DNA from: Polyangiaceae bacterium
GTDB taxonomy: Bacteria > Myxococcota_A > Polyangia > Polyangiales > Polyangiaceae
NCBI GenBank assembly: GCA_035547195.1
Contig: DASZVB010000009.1
Span: forward strand, 2,122-66,121
Length of the DNA stretch: 64,000 nt
Direction of reading: 5' to 3'
Under the pieces are notes generated by a model. That model worked only from the letters and a program-made list of their open reading frames with translations, was not told the DNA's origin and did no database searches. Each line of letters begins with the position of its first letter. Position 1 is the first letter of the stretch. Below, piece after piece: positions 44,727 to 55,635 of the stretch. A program made the position numbers and the translations under genes.

Positions 44727-44888
44727 CTATCCTGCGGCCGCCGCTTGCTCGATCAACCTGCCTGCTCCCGCGATCTTCGCGGTGAGCTCCGGCGACAATC
44801 CGTGCCGTGCGCCGGCGTGCGCCGGATCGTTCGACGACAGCCAGACGGCGCCGTCGGCGTCCTGCCAGGCCAGATCATGAAGACGCCA
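44727..44888 (-). pseudogene. Remnant of a DUF302-family gene (C-terminal ~50 codons only)
   Basis: My translation of the minus strand gives HDLAWQDADGAVWLSSNDPAHAGARHGLSPELTAKIAGAGRLIEQAAAAG-stop. This matches the conserved C-terminal block of two-layer DUF302 proteins (..VWEDxxGKVWLSYNDPxYLxxRHGL..). Upstream, the frame runs into the 3-prime end of the FGGY kinase gene. There is no start codon and no N-terminal domain. Confidence 0.4.
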
Positions 44889-44899
44889 TCGCGCCGGCG

Positions 44900-46570
44900 T
44901 CAGTCGTCCAGTCCGTCGAGCTCCATCATCAGCTTGCGATAGGCAATCTGATCGCCATACATGCGTTGAAAGACGCGGTGCTTGCGGTCGTGGTACGCGC
45001 GTAGCGCCGCGCCGGGCGGCGGGATTTCGACGCCGGGGCCGCTCATCGCCGCCATGGCCGCGATGACGGAGGGGTGATCGCCCGACGCGACGGCGCCGAG
45101 GATCGCCGCGCCGAGCAGGACGGCTTCCGGCTCACGCGGCAGCACCATGCGACAACCGGTGACGTCGGCGTGCTCGCGGACGAAGAGCGGGTTCTTCGTG
45201 TCGCCGCCGCAGGCGACGATGGTCGAGATGTGGAACCCGGCGGCGTTCATGGTGTCGATGATGTGCCGAGTGCCGTGGGCGATGGCCTGGATGGTCGCGA
45301 GATACACGAGCGCGAGCGCTTCCACGCTGTCGGTCATCTTCAGACCGGAGATCATGCCGCGCAGGGTGGGATCGGCGCGCGGGCTGCGATTGCCGTGGAA
45401 GTACGGCAAGACGTGGATCTGCTCCGTCAGCGCCGCGGGGAATGGGCGCGTCTCGGCGAGCCGATCGAGGACGGAGTTGAGCACGCCGTGCACGGTGGTG
45501 CCTTCGCGGCGCGCCGTCGCGCGCAGCTCCGCGCCGCGCGCGTGGATGTCGATGACGTGCTCGATGAGCGCGCCAGTGGCGGATTGACCGCCCTCGGTGA
45601 GCCAGAGACCCGGGATCATCGCCGAGTAGTACGGCCCCCAGATCCCCGGAGGGAACTTCGGGTCGCGGCTGACGGCCATGTGACAACTCGACGTGCCGCC
45701 GATGAGCGCGAGTCGCGACTCGAGCTCCGTCTCGGTCAGCGTAGCGCCCGCCGTCGTGACGCCGAGGAGCCCGAGGCCGCCGGCGTGCGCGTCGATGATC
45801 GAGACACCGACGCAAGTGGCCGGCGACAAGCCGAGCTCCGCCGCCGCGCGCGGCGAAAGCGTCCCGAGCCGCTCGCCCATCGGACGGATCTTCGTGCCGA
45901 TGCGGACGTAGCCTTCGTCGACGAGATCGCCGAGCCCTATCGCGCGGAAGTAGTCGTCCCGCCAGCCGTCGACGCCTCCCGCGGACTTCTCACCGAGGTA
46001 GGTCCACTTGCAGGTCGTCGAGCAGAGCGAGCGCACGTCGCTGCCCGTCGCGCGATACGTCAGGAAATCCGGCAGATCCAGGAAACGCCGTGCGCTCTTC
46101 CAGGACTCGGGCAAATGTTCCTTGAGCCACGCGAGCTTCGGCGTCTCCATTTCCGGCGAGATGGTGCCGCCGACGTACCTCAGCACTTCGTGCCCGCGAT
46201 CGCTGATGCGCTGAGCGTACGCGATGGCGCGGTGATCCATCCACATGACGACGTTCTGCTCGGGCGCGCCGGTGACGCTGACGGTGACCGGCGCGTCGCC
46301 GTCGCCCAGAACGACCAGCGAGCAGGTCGCGTCGAACCCGATCCCGGCGATCGCCTGCGCGTCCCCGCCCCACTCGGCGAGCGCGGCACGTGTCGCGTGC
46401 GCTGCGGCTTGCCAGATATCCTCGGACGACTGCTCGACGTGATCTTCCTGCGGGCGGAAGATCGACAGAGGGTGCGCGCCCATGCCGACGCGAACGCCCC
46501 CGGCGTCGAAGATCGCCGCGCGAGCGCTGGCCGTGCCGACGTCGATGCCGAGGTAGTAGCGTTCAGCCAT
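44900..46570 (-). CDS. FGGY-family carbohydrate (pentulose/ribulose-type) kinase
   Basis: 556 aa. [18 protein letters not shown] is the N-terminal phosphate-1 motif. GGTSSCHM and [11 protein letters not shown] are FGGY C-domain motifs. Confidence 0.9.
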   Translation of the reverse strand: MAERYYLGIDVGTASARAAIFDAGGVRVGMGAHPLSIFRPQEDHVEQSSEDIWQAAAHATRAALAEWGGDAQAIAGIGFDATCSLVVLGDGDAPVTVSVTGAPEQNVVMWMDHRAIAYAQRISDRGHEVLRYVGGTISPEMETPKLAWLKEHLPESWKSARRFLDLPDFLTYRATGSDVRSLCSTTCKWTYLGEKSAGGVDGWRDDYFRAIGLGDLVDEGYVRIGTKIRPMGERLGTLSPRAAAELGLSPATCVGVSIIDAHAGGLGLLGVTTAGATLTETELESRLALIGGTSSCHMAVSRDPKFPPGIWGPYYSAMIPGLWLTEGGQSATGALIEHVIDIHARGAELRATARREGTTVHGVLNSVLDRLAETRPFPAALTEQIHVLPYFHGNRSPRADPTLRGMISGLKMTDSVEALALVYLATIQAIAHGTRHIIDTMNAAGFHISTIVACGGDTKNPLFVREHADVTGCRMVLPREPEAVLLGAAILGAVASGDHPSVIAAMAAMSGPGVEIPPPGAALRAYHDRKHRVFQRMYGDQIAYRKLMMELDGLDD

Positions 46571-46579
46571 CGCTCGACG

Positions 46580-48100
46580 TCACCCGCGCCTTTCGAGAAT
46601 CCTTACGCGAAAGCCGAGCTCCTGGGAGAGCGCGACCATCTCGTCGAAGATGTCCCCGTACGCGACCGCGACGTGATTCGAGAGATAGTGCGCCATCAAC
46701 GTGTCACGACCGATCCCCAGATCCGCCGCCATGAACGGCCACTGACGCGTCGTCCCTTCCCACCAGGCGTCGCGCGTCGCCTCGGGCAACTTCACGACCT
46801 CGCCTCTACCGACGTCCATCCAGAGCACGTCTTCTTTGATGTACGCGCGTGCCCACGTGATGTTCCCGGGGAGGCTCTCGCCGGCGAACGTCCCGCCCGC
46901 GATCGGGAAATACAATGACGGCTGGCGGTAGCTGTGAACGCCCTTCAGCGTCGCGGGATCGTGGGTCATCGCGTACGCGCCGCACGATCCGGAGTTGAGC
47001 AGCACCCACAAGAAGCGCCCCTCGTGCTCCGCGCCCCAGCGCACGTCGTGGAACATCACGGCCTCGTGCAGGCCCTTCGCCGCGAGCAGGCGCTTCATCA
47101 TTTCCATGGGCAGAGCGTTGCCCTGGTCGGCCTCCGTCGCGGTGGCGATGGGAGCACCGTTACTCTCCGGACGGCAGGCGGAGTTGAAGAGGCCTTCGGC
47201 GAAGTCGCTCGGTGGACGCAGCGGAATGAGGCCGAGCTGGTACTGCCACCCGAGGCAATCCGCCTTGTACTCGGCGATGAGATCCAGCACGACGAGGTAG
47301 TCGCGCAGCTGTTCGCGCGTCGACTCTTCGGTGAAGTCCTCGGCCCCGGCTTCCTTCCAGTGGAACGTGACTCCCCTGTCGCGAACGAAGCGGAAAGCGT
47401 CGTCGATGCGCGCTTTTTCGATGCGACGCCCGCGATCGATGATCCACGCCTGGTCGACTTTGTGCTCGGCGAAGCCGTAGCGGCCGAGGAGGCGCGGGCC
47501 GAAGTAGCCGTTGATCATGCCCATGGAGGTGTCGCCGAGCATGAGCAACAGGGCGCGTCGATCGCGGAAGCTCTGCGCGACGCGGCGAGCTCGCGCCGCG
47601 GCGTCCGTGGAGATCGGCGCGTGATGAGCGATGTCGTCCTCGGCGTACGCGATGCGCCCGCTGGCGCACCACTCGTCGAGGTGAGCCATGAACGCCTCGT
47701 CGTCCGTGAACGTCGGTTGGTCGGTCCAGATCCTGGAAAAAGGGCGATTGAGGCTCTCGAGGCACGCGCCGGTGTTCAAGAGGCCGACGAGACCAGGCCA
47801 CTGGCCGGAAAAATTGCTCGCGAGTAGCAGCGGATTGTCCTTCCCCACGACTCCCTCCGTCGTGTGCGGCCCGTAAAGCCAGTGCACGCACACGCCCACG
47901 AGCGGATCGTCGATGGGCCCGAGGCGCTCGATGGCCTCGTGGGGTTTCGTGAGGAACCCTGGGACGCGATAGGTGGTGCGGCCCAGCCGCGCGAACGCGC
48001 GCTCGAGCTGGCGCGTCGCCTCTTCCACGTTGGATTCTGCCAGCTCGTTCGGTTTCGATCTGGCATCACCGGGCCAGAAGAGAGCGACTCTCGATGACAT
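46580..48100 (-). CDS. L-fucose/L-arabinose isomerase-family sugar isomerase
   Basis: The ATG at 48100 (MSSRVALFWPGDARSK...) lies within track ORF 46580..48304. It is 9 nt upstream of the kinase start. The overall pattern (VCVHWLYGPH..., NFSGQWPGLVGLLNTGA) is like COG2407 isomerases. Family assignment is moderate. Confidence 0.75.
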   Translation of the reverse strand: MSSRVALFWPGDARSKPNELAESNVEEATRQLERAFARLGRTTYRVPGFLTKPHEAIERLGPIDDPLVGVCVHWLYGPHTTEGVVGKDNPLLLASNFSGQWPGLVGLLNTGACLESLNRPFSRIWTDQPTFTDDEAFMAHLDEWCASGRIAYAEDDIAHHAPISTDAAARARRVAQSFRDRRALLLMLGDTSMGMINGYFGPRLLGRYGFAEHKVDQAWIIDRGRRIEKARIDDAFRFVRDRGVTFHWKEAGAEDFTEESTREQLRDYLVVLDLIAEYKADCLGWQYQLGLIPLRPPSDFAEGLFNSACRPESNGAPIATATEADQGNALPMEMMKRLLAAKGLHEAVMFHDVRWGAEHEGRFLWVLLNSGSCGAYAMTHDPATLKGVHSYRQPSLYFPIAGGTFAGESLPGNITWARAYIKEDVLWMDVGRGEVVKLPEATRDAWWEGTTRQWPFMAADLGIGRDTLMAHYLSNHVAVAYGDIFDEMVALSQELGFRVRILERRG

Positions 48101-48170
48101 GGCTGCCCTTTCTCGGTCGAGAGAAGTATTGTACACGCGCTTCGTAAGGGGCAATGCCAACAGGAACTCG

Positions 48171-49163
48171 ATGACGGCTCGCGCGGCAATGCTCTTTTTC
48201 GTCGGCGCCGCCCTCCTCGCCGCGCCCGCGTGCAAGAGACGCGAAGCGGCGGGCGGTAGCGGCGCCGCGCACCGCCAGATCGCGGTCATTCCGAAGGGCA
48301 CCACGCACGAGTTCTGGAAGAGCGTTCACGCCGGCGCGGTGAAGGCGAGCCGGCAGCTCGGCGTGGACATCGTCTGGAAGGGCCCCGTCCGCGAGGACGA
48401 CCGCTCGGAGCAGGTGCGCGTGGTGGAAGATTTCATCTCCAAGCACGTCGACGGCATCGTGCTCGCGCCCCTCGACGACACGGCGCTCGTCCCCCCGGTG
48501 AAGGAAGCCGCAGGCGAGAAGATCCCCGTCGTGATCATCGACTCGGACATCGACTGGACGGGCCGCGTCAGCTTCGTCGCGACGGACAACGAGCAGGCGG
48601 GCGTCGCCGCAGCGCGCCATCTCGGGAATCTCCTGGGCGGCAAGGGCAACGTGCTGGTCCTCCGCTATCAAGAGGGCTCCGCGAGCACCATGCAGCGCGA
48701 GAAGGGATTCCTCGAGACGCTCTCGAAGGAGTTCCCCGGCGCGAAGGTCGTCTCGGACAATCAATACGGCGGCGCGACGACCGAGAGCGCGTACAAGACG
48801 TCCGAGAGCTTGCTGGTGAAGTTCGCCGACCTCGACGGCGTGTTCTGCCCGAACGAATCGACGACCTTCGGGATGCTGCGCGCGCTGGAAGACGCGAAAC
48901 GCGCGGGGAAGGTCCGGTTCGTGGGCTTCGACGCCAGCGAGAAGCTCGTGCAGGCGCTCGGCAGCGGCGAAATCGACGGCCTCGTCGTCCAAGATCCGTT
49001 CGCGATGGGCGAGCGCAGCGTCACCGCGCTCGTCGCGCATCTCGACGGAAAACCCGTCGACGCGCGCATCGACACCGGCGTGACGATCGCGACGAAGGCG
49101 AACATGGACGACCCGAAGATCCGAGCGCTGCTCCACCCCGACCTTTCGGCATGGCTGAATTGA
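48171..49163 (+). CDS. Sugar ABC transporter substrate-binding (lipo)protein, RbsB-like
   Basis: The ATG at 48171 gives MTARAAMLFFVGAALLAAPAC. IAVIPKGTTHEFWKSVHAGA...VDGIVLAPLD...PVVIIDSD is the periplasmic-binding-protein type I pattern. Confidence 0.85.
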   Translation: MTARAAMLFFVGAALLAAPACKRREAAGGSGAAHRQIAVIPKGTTHEFWKSVHAGAVKASRQLGVDIVWKGPVREDDRSEQVRVVEDFISKHVDGIVLAPLDDTALVPPVKEAAGEKIPVVIIDSDIDWTGRVSFVATDNEQAGVAAARHLGNLLGGKGNVLVLRYQEGSASTMQREKGFLETLSKEFPGAKVVSDNQYGGATTESAYKTSESLLVKFADLDGVFCPNESTTFGMLRALEDAKRAGKVRFVGFDASEKLVQALGSGEIDGLVVQDPFAMGERSVTALVAHLDGKPVDARIDTGVTIATKANMDDPKIRALLHPDLSAWLN

Positions 49164-50658
49164 CCGAGAGCGCACCGCTGCTCTCGATGCAGGGCGTGGC
49201 CAAGCGGTTCGGCAACGTACAGGCGCTCTCGGGAGTCGATTTTTCGGTGCGCGAAGGCGAGGTCCACGCGCTGCTCGGCGAGAACGGCGCCGGCAAGAGC
49301 ACGCTGATGAAGATCCTCGCCGGCGCCGTCGTACCCGACTCCGGCACGACGACCGTCGCGTCGTCGCCCTTCAGCCCGCGCGGCCCGCGCGCTGCGCTCG
49401 CGCACGGCATCGCGATGATCTACCAGGAGACGAGCCTCGCGCCGGATCTCACCATCGCCGAGAACGTCGTCCTCGGACGGGAACCGCGCACGCTCGGCGT
49501 CGTGCGGCGCGCAAGGGCCCGCGAGATCGCCTCGGCCGCGCTCGAACGGCTAGGGCACTCCGAGCTGTCGCCGGATCGCCGCGTCGCGAGCCTCGGCCCC
49601 GGCGAGCGGCAGCTCGTCGAGATCGCGCGGGCGCTCTCGCAGAACGCGCGCTTGCTGGTCATGGATGAGCCGACCAGCTCGCTGTCGCGGGACGACGCCG
49701 AGCGCCTGTTCGACGTCGTGAAGCGGCTCGCGAAGAGCGGCGTGGCCATCGTCTACATCAGCCATTTTCTGGAAGAGGTCGTGCGCGTCGCGGACCGATA
49801 CACCGTGCTGCGCGACGGCAGGAACGTCGCGACCGGCGACGCTCCCGCCGCGACGCCGCGCGAGCTCTCGGAGCGGATGATCGGCCGGAATCTTGGGGAG
49901 TTGTTCGTCCGGCAGCCTCGGACACCACACGACGTCGCGCTCACCGTCGACGGATTGTCCGGTAAGGCGCTGCCGGAATCCGCGAGCTTCACGTTGCGTC
50001 GCGGAGAAGTGCTCGGCATCGCCGGCCTGGTCGGCGCCGGACAGACGGAGATGCTGCGCGCCCTCTTCGGCCTCGACCCGACGCGCGGCGGCACGGTGAA
50101 GCTCGGCGCTGCAAAAGACGAAGCGGCAAAACCGTGGACCCGCCTCGCGCAAGGTTTGGGCCTGCTCTCGAGCGACCGCGCGCACGAGGGCTTGGCACTC
50201 GGGATGAGCATCGCCGACAACATGACGCTGTCGCACCTGGACCGGCTGTCCCGGCGCGGTCTCGTGGATCGCCGAGAACAAACGGCGCGCGCCGCGCGCT
50301 GGATAGAATCGCTCGGCATCCGCTGTCCGGGACCGGACGCGGCGGTCGGCGCGCTCTCCGGCGGCGGTCAGCAGAAAGTCGCGCTCGCTCGCTTGCTCGA
50401 CCGCGGCCTCGACATACTGCTCCTCGACGAGCCGACGCGCGGCATCGACGTCGGCAGCCGCGCGGAAATCTATCGCTTGATCGACGCGCTCGCGCGCGAA
50501 GGCAAAGCCATCGTGCTCGTCAGCTCGTACTTGCCGGAGCTGCTCGGTCTCGCGGATCGCATCGCCGTCATGCACCGCGGGCGACTCTCGCCACCTCGCG
50601 ACGCCGCGACCTTCACCGAAGCGAGCCTCCTCGAAGCGACGACGAGCGGAGCTGACTC

Positions 50659-50662
<4 letters not shown>
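49151..50662 (+). CDS. Sugar ABC transporter ATP-binding protein (duplicated ABC domains, RbsA/MglA-like)
   Basis: Walker A GENGAGKST, signatures LGPGERQLVEIARAL and LSGGGQQKVALARLL, Walker B LLVMDEPT and LLLDEPT. It overlaps the SBP gene by 13 nt. Confidence 0.9.
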
Positions 50663-51650
<988 letters not shown>

Positions 51651-51654
<4 letters not shown>

Positions 51655-52895
51655 AAGTCATGCAAGCATTGTTCGGCGCGCTCGCGTGCGCGGCCTGCGC
51701 CGGAAGCGCCACACCCAACGCCGCCGCGCCGTCGGCAAGCGGCGCCCCCGCGCCGCCTGCGAACGGCACCTTCGCCGACGACGTCGCGTTCCTTCGCCAA
51801 TACACCCGCGTCATCGTCCTCGGCGATCCCGCGAGCGGCGAACCCGCCGTCGCCGTCGCGCCCGACTATCAAGGCAGAGTGATGACCAGCACCGCTGCCG
51901 GCAACGGCGGCGTGAGCTTCGGCTTCATCAACCGCGAAGTCGTCGCATCGAAACAACGGCAGCCGCACATCACCGTCGTCGGCGGCGAAGATCGCTTCTG
52001 GCTCGGCCCCGAAGGCGGCCAATTCGGCCTCTATTTCCCGCCCGGCGCGCCCTACGACTTCGACCACTGGCAAGTGCCCGAGGCCATCGACTGGGGCGCC
52101 TGGGACATCGCCAGCGCCGGGACCGAGGTCCGCTTCGCCAAAGACATCGTCGTGAAAAATCACTCCGGCACCGAATTCCGGATGCACGTCGACCGGACGA
52201 TCCGGCGCCTCACCCCGTCTCAGATCGAAGCGCACCTCGGCGCGGCCGTGCCGAAAGGGACCTCCGCCGTCGGCTACGAATCGGAAAACTCCATCACCAA
52301 CACGGGCGCCGCGCCATGGACCCGCGAAACGGGTCTCCCGTCGGTGTGGATCCTCGGCATGTACCGTCCTTCTCCGACTACCACTGTGGTCATTCCTTTC
52401 AAACCCGGCGACGAGAGCACCCTCGGCAAAATCGTCAACGACGCTTACTTCGGGAAAATCCCCGCCGATCGCCTGCGGATCGGAGACGGCGTTCTCTTCT
52501 TCTCCGGCGACGGCAAACAGCGCGGCAAAATTGGCATCCCCGCGCCCCGCGCGTTGCCGGTCGCCGGCAGCTACGACAGCGCGACGCACACGCTCACCAT
52601 CGTGCAATACACGCAGCCCGAGCAAGGCGCGTACGTGAACTCCATGTGGGAAGAGCAAAAAGATCCGTACGGCGGCGACGTCGTCAACAGCTACAACGAC
52701 GGACCGCCCGCGCCCGGAAAGAAGCCGCTCGGCCCGTTCTACGAGATCGAGACGTCATCGCCGGGAGCGGAGCTCGCGCCGGGCAAGACGCTCACGCACG
52801 TGCATCGCACCGTGCACTTGCAGGGGCCCGCGGAGAGCATCGATCCGATTGCGCGGAAACAGCTTGGGGTGGGAATAAGTGAGATCGCGCGGTGA
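51651..52895 (+). CDS. Secreted/lipoprotein of unknown function, translationally coupled to the permease
   Basis: The ATG at 51651 overlaps the permease stop (ATGA). MKVMQALFGALACAACAG is a signal peptide. The 414-aa product has globular composition (W/Y/F/N-rich). No motif recognised. Confidence 0.7.
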
Positions 52896-53235
52896 GCTAT
52901 CTCGGGAACACGCGCGTGTCCCGCTGACGGTTCGAAGTGAACGACGGTGCTTCCAAGCCGTGCAGCTTCAATGACGTAGAGCGTGTCTACACCTGATCGC
53001 ACGAGACCGAGAACGGGCGGCGACGGTTCCACGCGGTGCTCGGGCAGCCACCGGAGACGGATGCGACGATGGCGGTCAGGACGGCGGTCCTGAGCGAGAG
53101 CTAGGAATTTCTTGAACGATAATGGTGAGTTAGTCGCCTCCGGGGAAGCGACAACGGGTGATGATTACGGGAGCACTCAAGTCAAGCCGTCGCTTTACGA
53201 TTGCATCAAGAGCGGAACGTACGAGCAGTCTTTTC

Positions 53236-53263
53236 GTTTATAGTTTTGCATAATGCTATAAAC
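53236..53263 (+). promoter_or_regulatory. Inverted repeat / AT-rich promoter-like element immediately upstream of fic
   Basis: GTTTATAG (53236-53243), 12 nt, then CTATAAAC (53256-53263). The right arm contains TATAAA, ending 8 nt before the ATG at 53271. No Shine-Dalgarno is visible in between. Confidence 0.3.
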
Positions 53264-53270
53264 AAGCTAG

Positions 53271-54614
53271 ATGCGATTCCCAGCTCGCCCCCCGCCATTC
53301 TGGCCGATCATCGTCAACAGCGCGGATCTTCAGCGTATTTTACCCCACGTTTCTCCCGTACTTCCTGACGGCCGGTATCTGCATTGGGACGACCTGAGGA
53401 GGCGCCCAAGCCCGCCCGCGCTCACAAGCGAACACTGGTGGGCGGCGCACAAGGTGGGGCGAATGGGTGGCCGAGTCGTGGTCCCTGGCTTCGTCGACGA
53501 ACGCGGCACCCCGTTTTGGTTTTGTCGGCTTCACAGCATCGACCGCGCAACCCACCAGCTAGACAGGCGAGACGCTGTTCGAGAGATGATCCAGGCTATC
53601 GGGGACGAATCGGTCCGAACGCAATATCGCATCGATCAGCTAATCGAGGAGGCGATCAACTCTTCCCTCGTCGAGGGCGCGAAGCTCACGACGCGTGCGC
53701 TGGCAAAAGCGATGCTCCGCGATGGCCGAACGCCTGCGTCTAAAGGCGAGCGCATGGTCTCCAACAACTATCAGGCGATGAACCGACTTCTCGAGCTCTC
53801 CGGGAAGTCGCTAGATCTGGATGATCTGCTCGAGATTCACGCGATTTTAGGAGCTGACGCGCTCGACGCCCCGAAGGCGGAAGGGCGGCTCCGGCTCGCG
53901 TCCGAAAATGTGCGTGTAGAGGATAGCGCTACCGGCGAGACATGGTTCACCCCGCCGCCGGCGCATGAATTGAAGCAGAGACTTGAGGCACTTCTCGCCT
54001 TTGCCAACCAGGGGCCAGATGTGGATGGTTCCTTTTTCCACCCGCTCATTCGAGCGATCATTCTCCACTTCTGGGTCGCGTATTTACATCCCTTCGTGGA
54101 CGGTAACGGCCGAATGGCGCGCGCGCTCTTCTACTGGCAAATGCTTCGAAGCGGCTACGACTTCGCGCAGTATCTCTCGATATCTGGCCCAATCGATCGC
54201 TCGAAGCGAGCGTACTATCGCTCGTTCGTATACACGGAGACCGACGACGGAGATCTCACATATTTCCTCTTGAATCAGCTTGCCGTTCTCAGTCGCGCGA
54301 CGGACGAGCTCCTGCACCATCTCCGCGATCGATCACAACGATTGCAGGAGATCGCCCGCGCGCTGTCATCATCGGACACACTGAACCATCGCCAGCAGGC
54401 GGTGCTTTCTCATCTTGTCCGACACCCCCATCCGGGCGTGACCATCACCGGACACTCCAAGAGTCACACCGTGAGCTATCTTACGGCGCGAAAAGACCTG
54501 CAGCAGATGGTCCCGGAACTTCTTCAGCGTCGCCGAATCGGTAAGACCGATTACTACGTTCCGACGGAACACCTGCTACGAAAACTTGTGACGGAAAGCA
54601 AAAATTCCTCGTAG
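53271..54614 (+). CDS. Fic-family protein (class II, self-inhibited AMPylase type) with C-terminal winged helix
   Basis: HPFVDGNGRMAR (54087-54122) fits the canonical Fic motif HxFx(D/E)GNGRxxR. SSLVEG (53661-53678) fits the inhibitory (S/T)xxxE(G/N) helix N-terminal of the core. The gene sits in a visibly lower-GC stretch. Confidence 0.9.
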   Translation: MRFPARPPPFWPIIVNSADLQRILPHVSPVLPDGRYLHWDDLRRRPSPPALTSEHWWAAHKVGRMGGRVVVPGFVDERGTPFWFCRLHSIDRATHQLDRRDAVREMIQAIGDESVRTQYRIDQLIEEAINSSLVEGAKLTTRALAKAMLRDGRTPASKGERMVSNNYQAMNRLLELSGKSLDLDDLLEIHAILGADALDAPKAEGRLRLASENVRVEDSATGETWFTPPPAHELKQRLEALLAFANQGPDVDGSFFHPLIRAIILHFWVAYLHPFVDGNGRMARALFYWQMLRSGYDFAQYLSISGPIDRSKRAYYRSFVYTETDDGDLTYFLLNQLAVLSRATDELLHHLRDRSQRLQEIARALSSSDTLNHRQQAVLSHLVRHPHPGVTITGHSKSHTVSYLTARKDLQQMVPELLQRRRIGKTDYYVPTEHLLRKLVTESKNSS

Positions 54615-54741
54615 AGAGCACACCAAACATGCGCGCTCTCAATGCGCTGCGCTCGGGCTGCGCGCAATCTGAAGGCACCCGTGAGGCGACGCCCCGACAT
54701 ACCCTTCGCCACCGAAGTGGGATTCCTCGCGCCCGCTCCCC

Positions 54742-55410
54742 TCACCGCAACACGACGACGAAATCCCGATAATCCGCGGAGCTCTGGCTCTTCGTCTGAT
54801 CCCCGTCGCTCATGATCCCGACGCCGACGAGGTCGGGCACGCTGGCCTTCGGATCGCCGCCCTCGAAGTGGTTGCGGAATTCGTCGTCGGGGACGATGTG
54901 CACGGTGCGCCATTGTCCGACGGGTTCGCCGCTGTCGACGATGATGGTGTCTTGGGCAACGAAGGGGTTGCGCTTGGAGTCGCAGGTGCGGCCCTTCGGG
55001 CCCGTGGCGCTCCAGACGTATTTCAAGGTGTACCAGCGCAAGCCGCGCTTCCAGGTGACGTAGACGACGGCGGCAGAGTCGCCCTTGCCCGATTCGCACT
55101 CGTTGCCGCCCTTCGGCAGCACGACGGCTCGCCAGCTCCATCGCAAGCCGGCGACCGCGCGACGCGCGTCGTCGGGGAATTGATAGCCGAGGACGGCGGT
55201 CTTGAACGGCGGCTTGTATTCGGCGTGGATGTGCGCGTCGGGCGGCGGCGTCACCGAGTAGTAGTTGTCGGGGCCGGATTTCTTTTCGACGATCTTGAAC
55301 GCGCCGAGCGCGATGGGGCTCTCTCGCGGCGCCTCGGCTGTTGCGTCGCGGCTCAAGCTCCACGACGTCGCGAGACAGAACACGGCGAGCGCGTACGGAT
55401 GATGTTTCAT
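54742..55410 (-). CDS. DUF3047-like secreted protein
   Basis: 222 aa with signal peptide MKHHPYALAVFCLATSWSLS. LRWSWRAVVLPKGGNECESGKGDSAAVVYVTW matches the DUF3047 core pattern as I recall it. Confidence 0.7.
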   Translation of the reverse strand: MKHHPYALAVFCLATSWSLSRDATAEAPRESPIALGAFKIVEKKSGPDNYYSVTPPPDAHIHAEYKPPFKTAVLGYQFPDDARRAVAGLRWSWRAVVLPKGGNECESGKGDSAAVVYVTWKRGLRWYTLKYVWSATGPKGRTCDSKRNPFVAQDTIIVDSGEPVGQWRTVHIVPDDEFRNHFEGGDPKASVPDLVGVGIMSDGDQTKSQSSADYRDFVVVLR

Positions 55411-55605
55411 CGGCCGGCGATCGCGTACCCTCGATCCCGCGCCCGCGCCAGGGTGAGCGATCCATGTGCGACCGAACGGCCGTGGCGTTGGGATTTCGCC
55501 CTGAACTCCGCGGGCTCGCGCCGGTCCACGGCCCCTACGGTTTCATTTTGCCGCATTCCTCGTGGAAGTGAATGTTATGGCGTCGAAAGTGATCTGGAGA
55601 AGAGT

Positions 55606-55624
55606 GGTCCGATTCGAATCGACC
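55606..55624 (-). terminator. Hairpin 12 nt downstream of the stop of 55636..57135
   Basis: ggtccgattcgaatcgacc contains the perfect 12-bp palindrome cgattcgaatcg plus flanking pairs. It lies in a lower-GC tail. Confidence 0.35.
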
Positions 55625-55635
55625 AGCGAAGTAGG

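Noticed and set aside
52739-53032. 97-aa minus-strand ORF at the left edge of the Fic islet (MEPSPPVLGLVRSGVDTLYVIEAARLGSTVVHFEP...)
   Set aside because: Two thirds of it overlap the well-supported gene 51651..52895 on the opposite strand. The unique part is only ~45 codons with no recognisable motif. It may be a remnant, but this is not supportable.
53100-54741. Mobile element or prophage remnant around fic
   Set aside because: I could find no integrase, transposase, tRNA target or flanking direct/inverted repeats by eye. Only the compositional dip supports foreign origin, so it is not annotated as a mobile element.
55606-55624. TTCGAATC string reminiscent of a tRNA T-loop
   Set aside because: It is the centre of a simple 12-bp palindrome. 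No acceptor, D or anticodon arms can be drawn around it. I treat it as a terminator-like hairpin instead.
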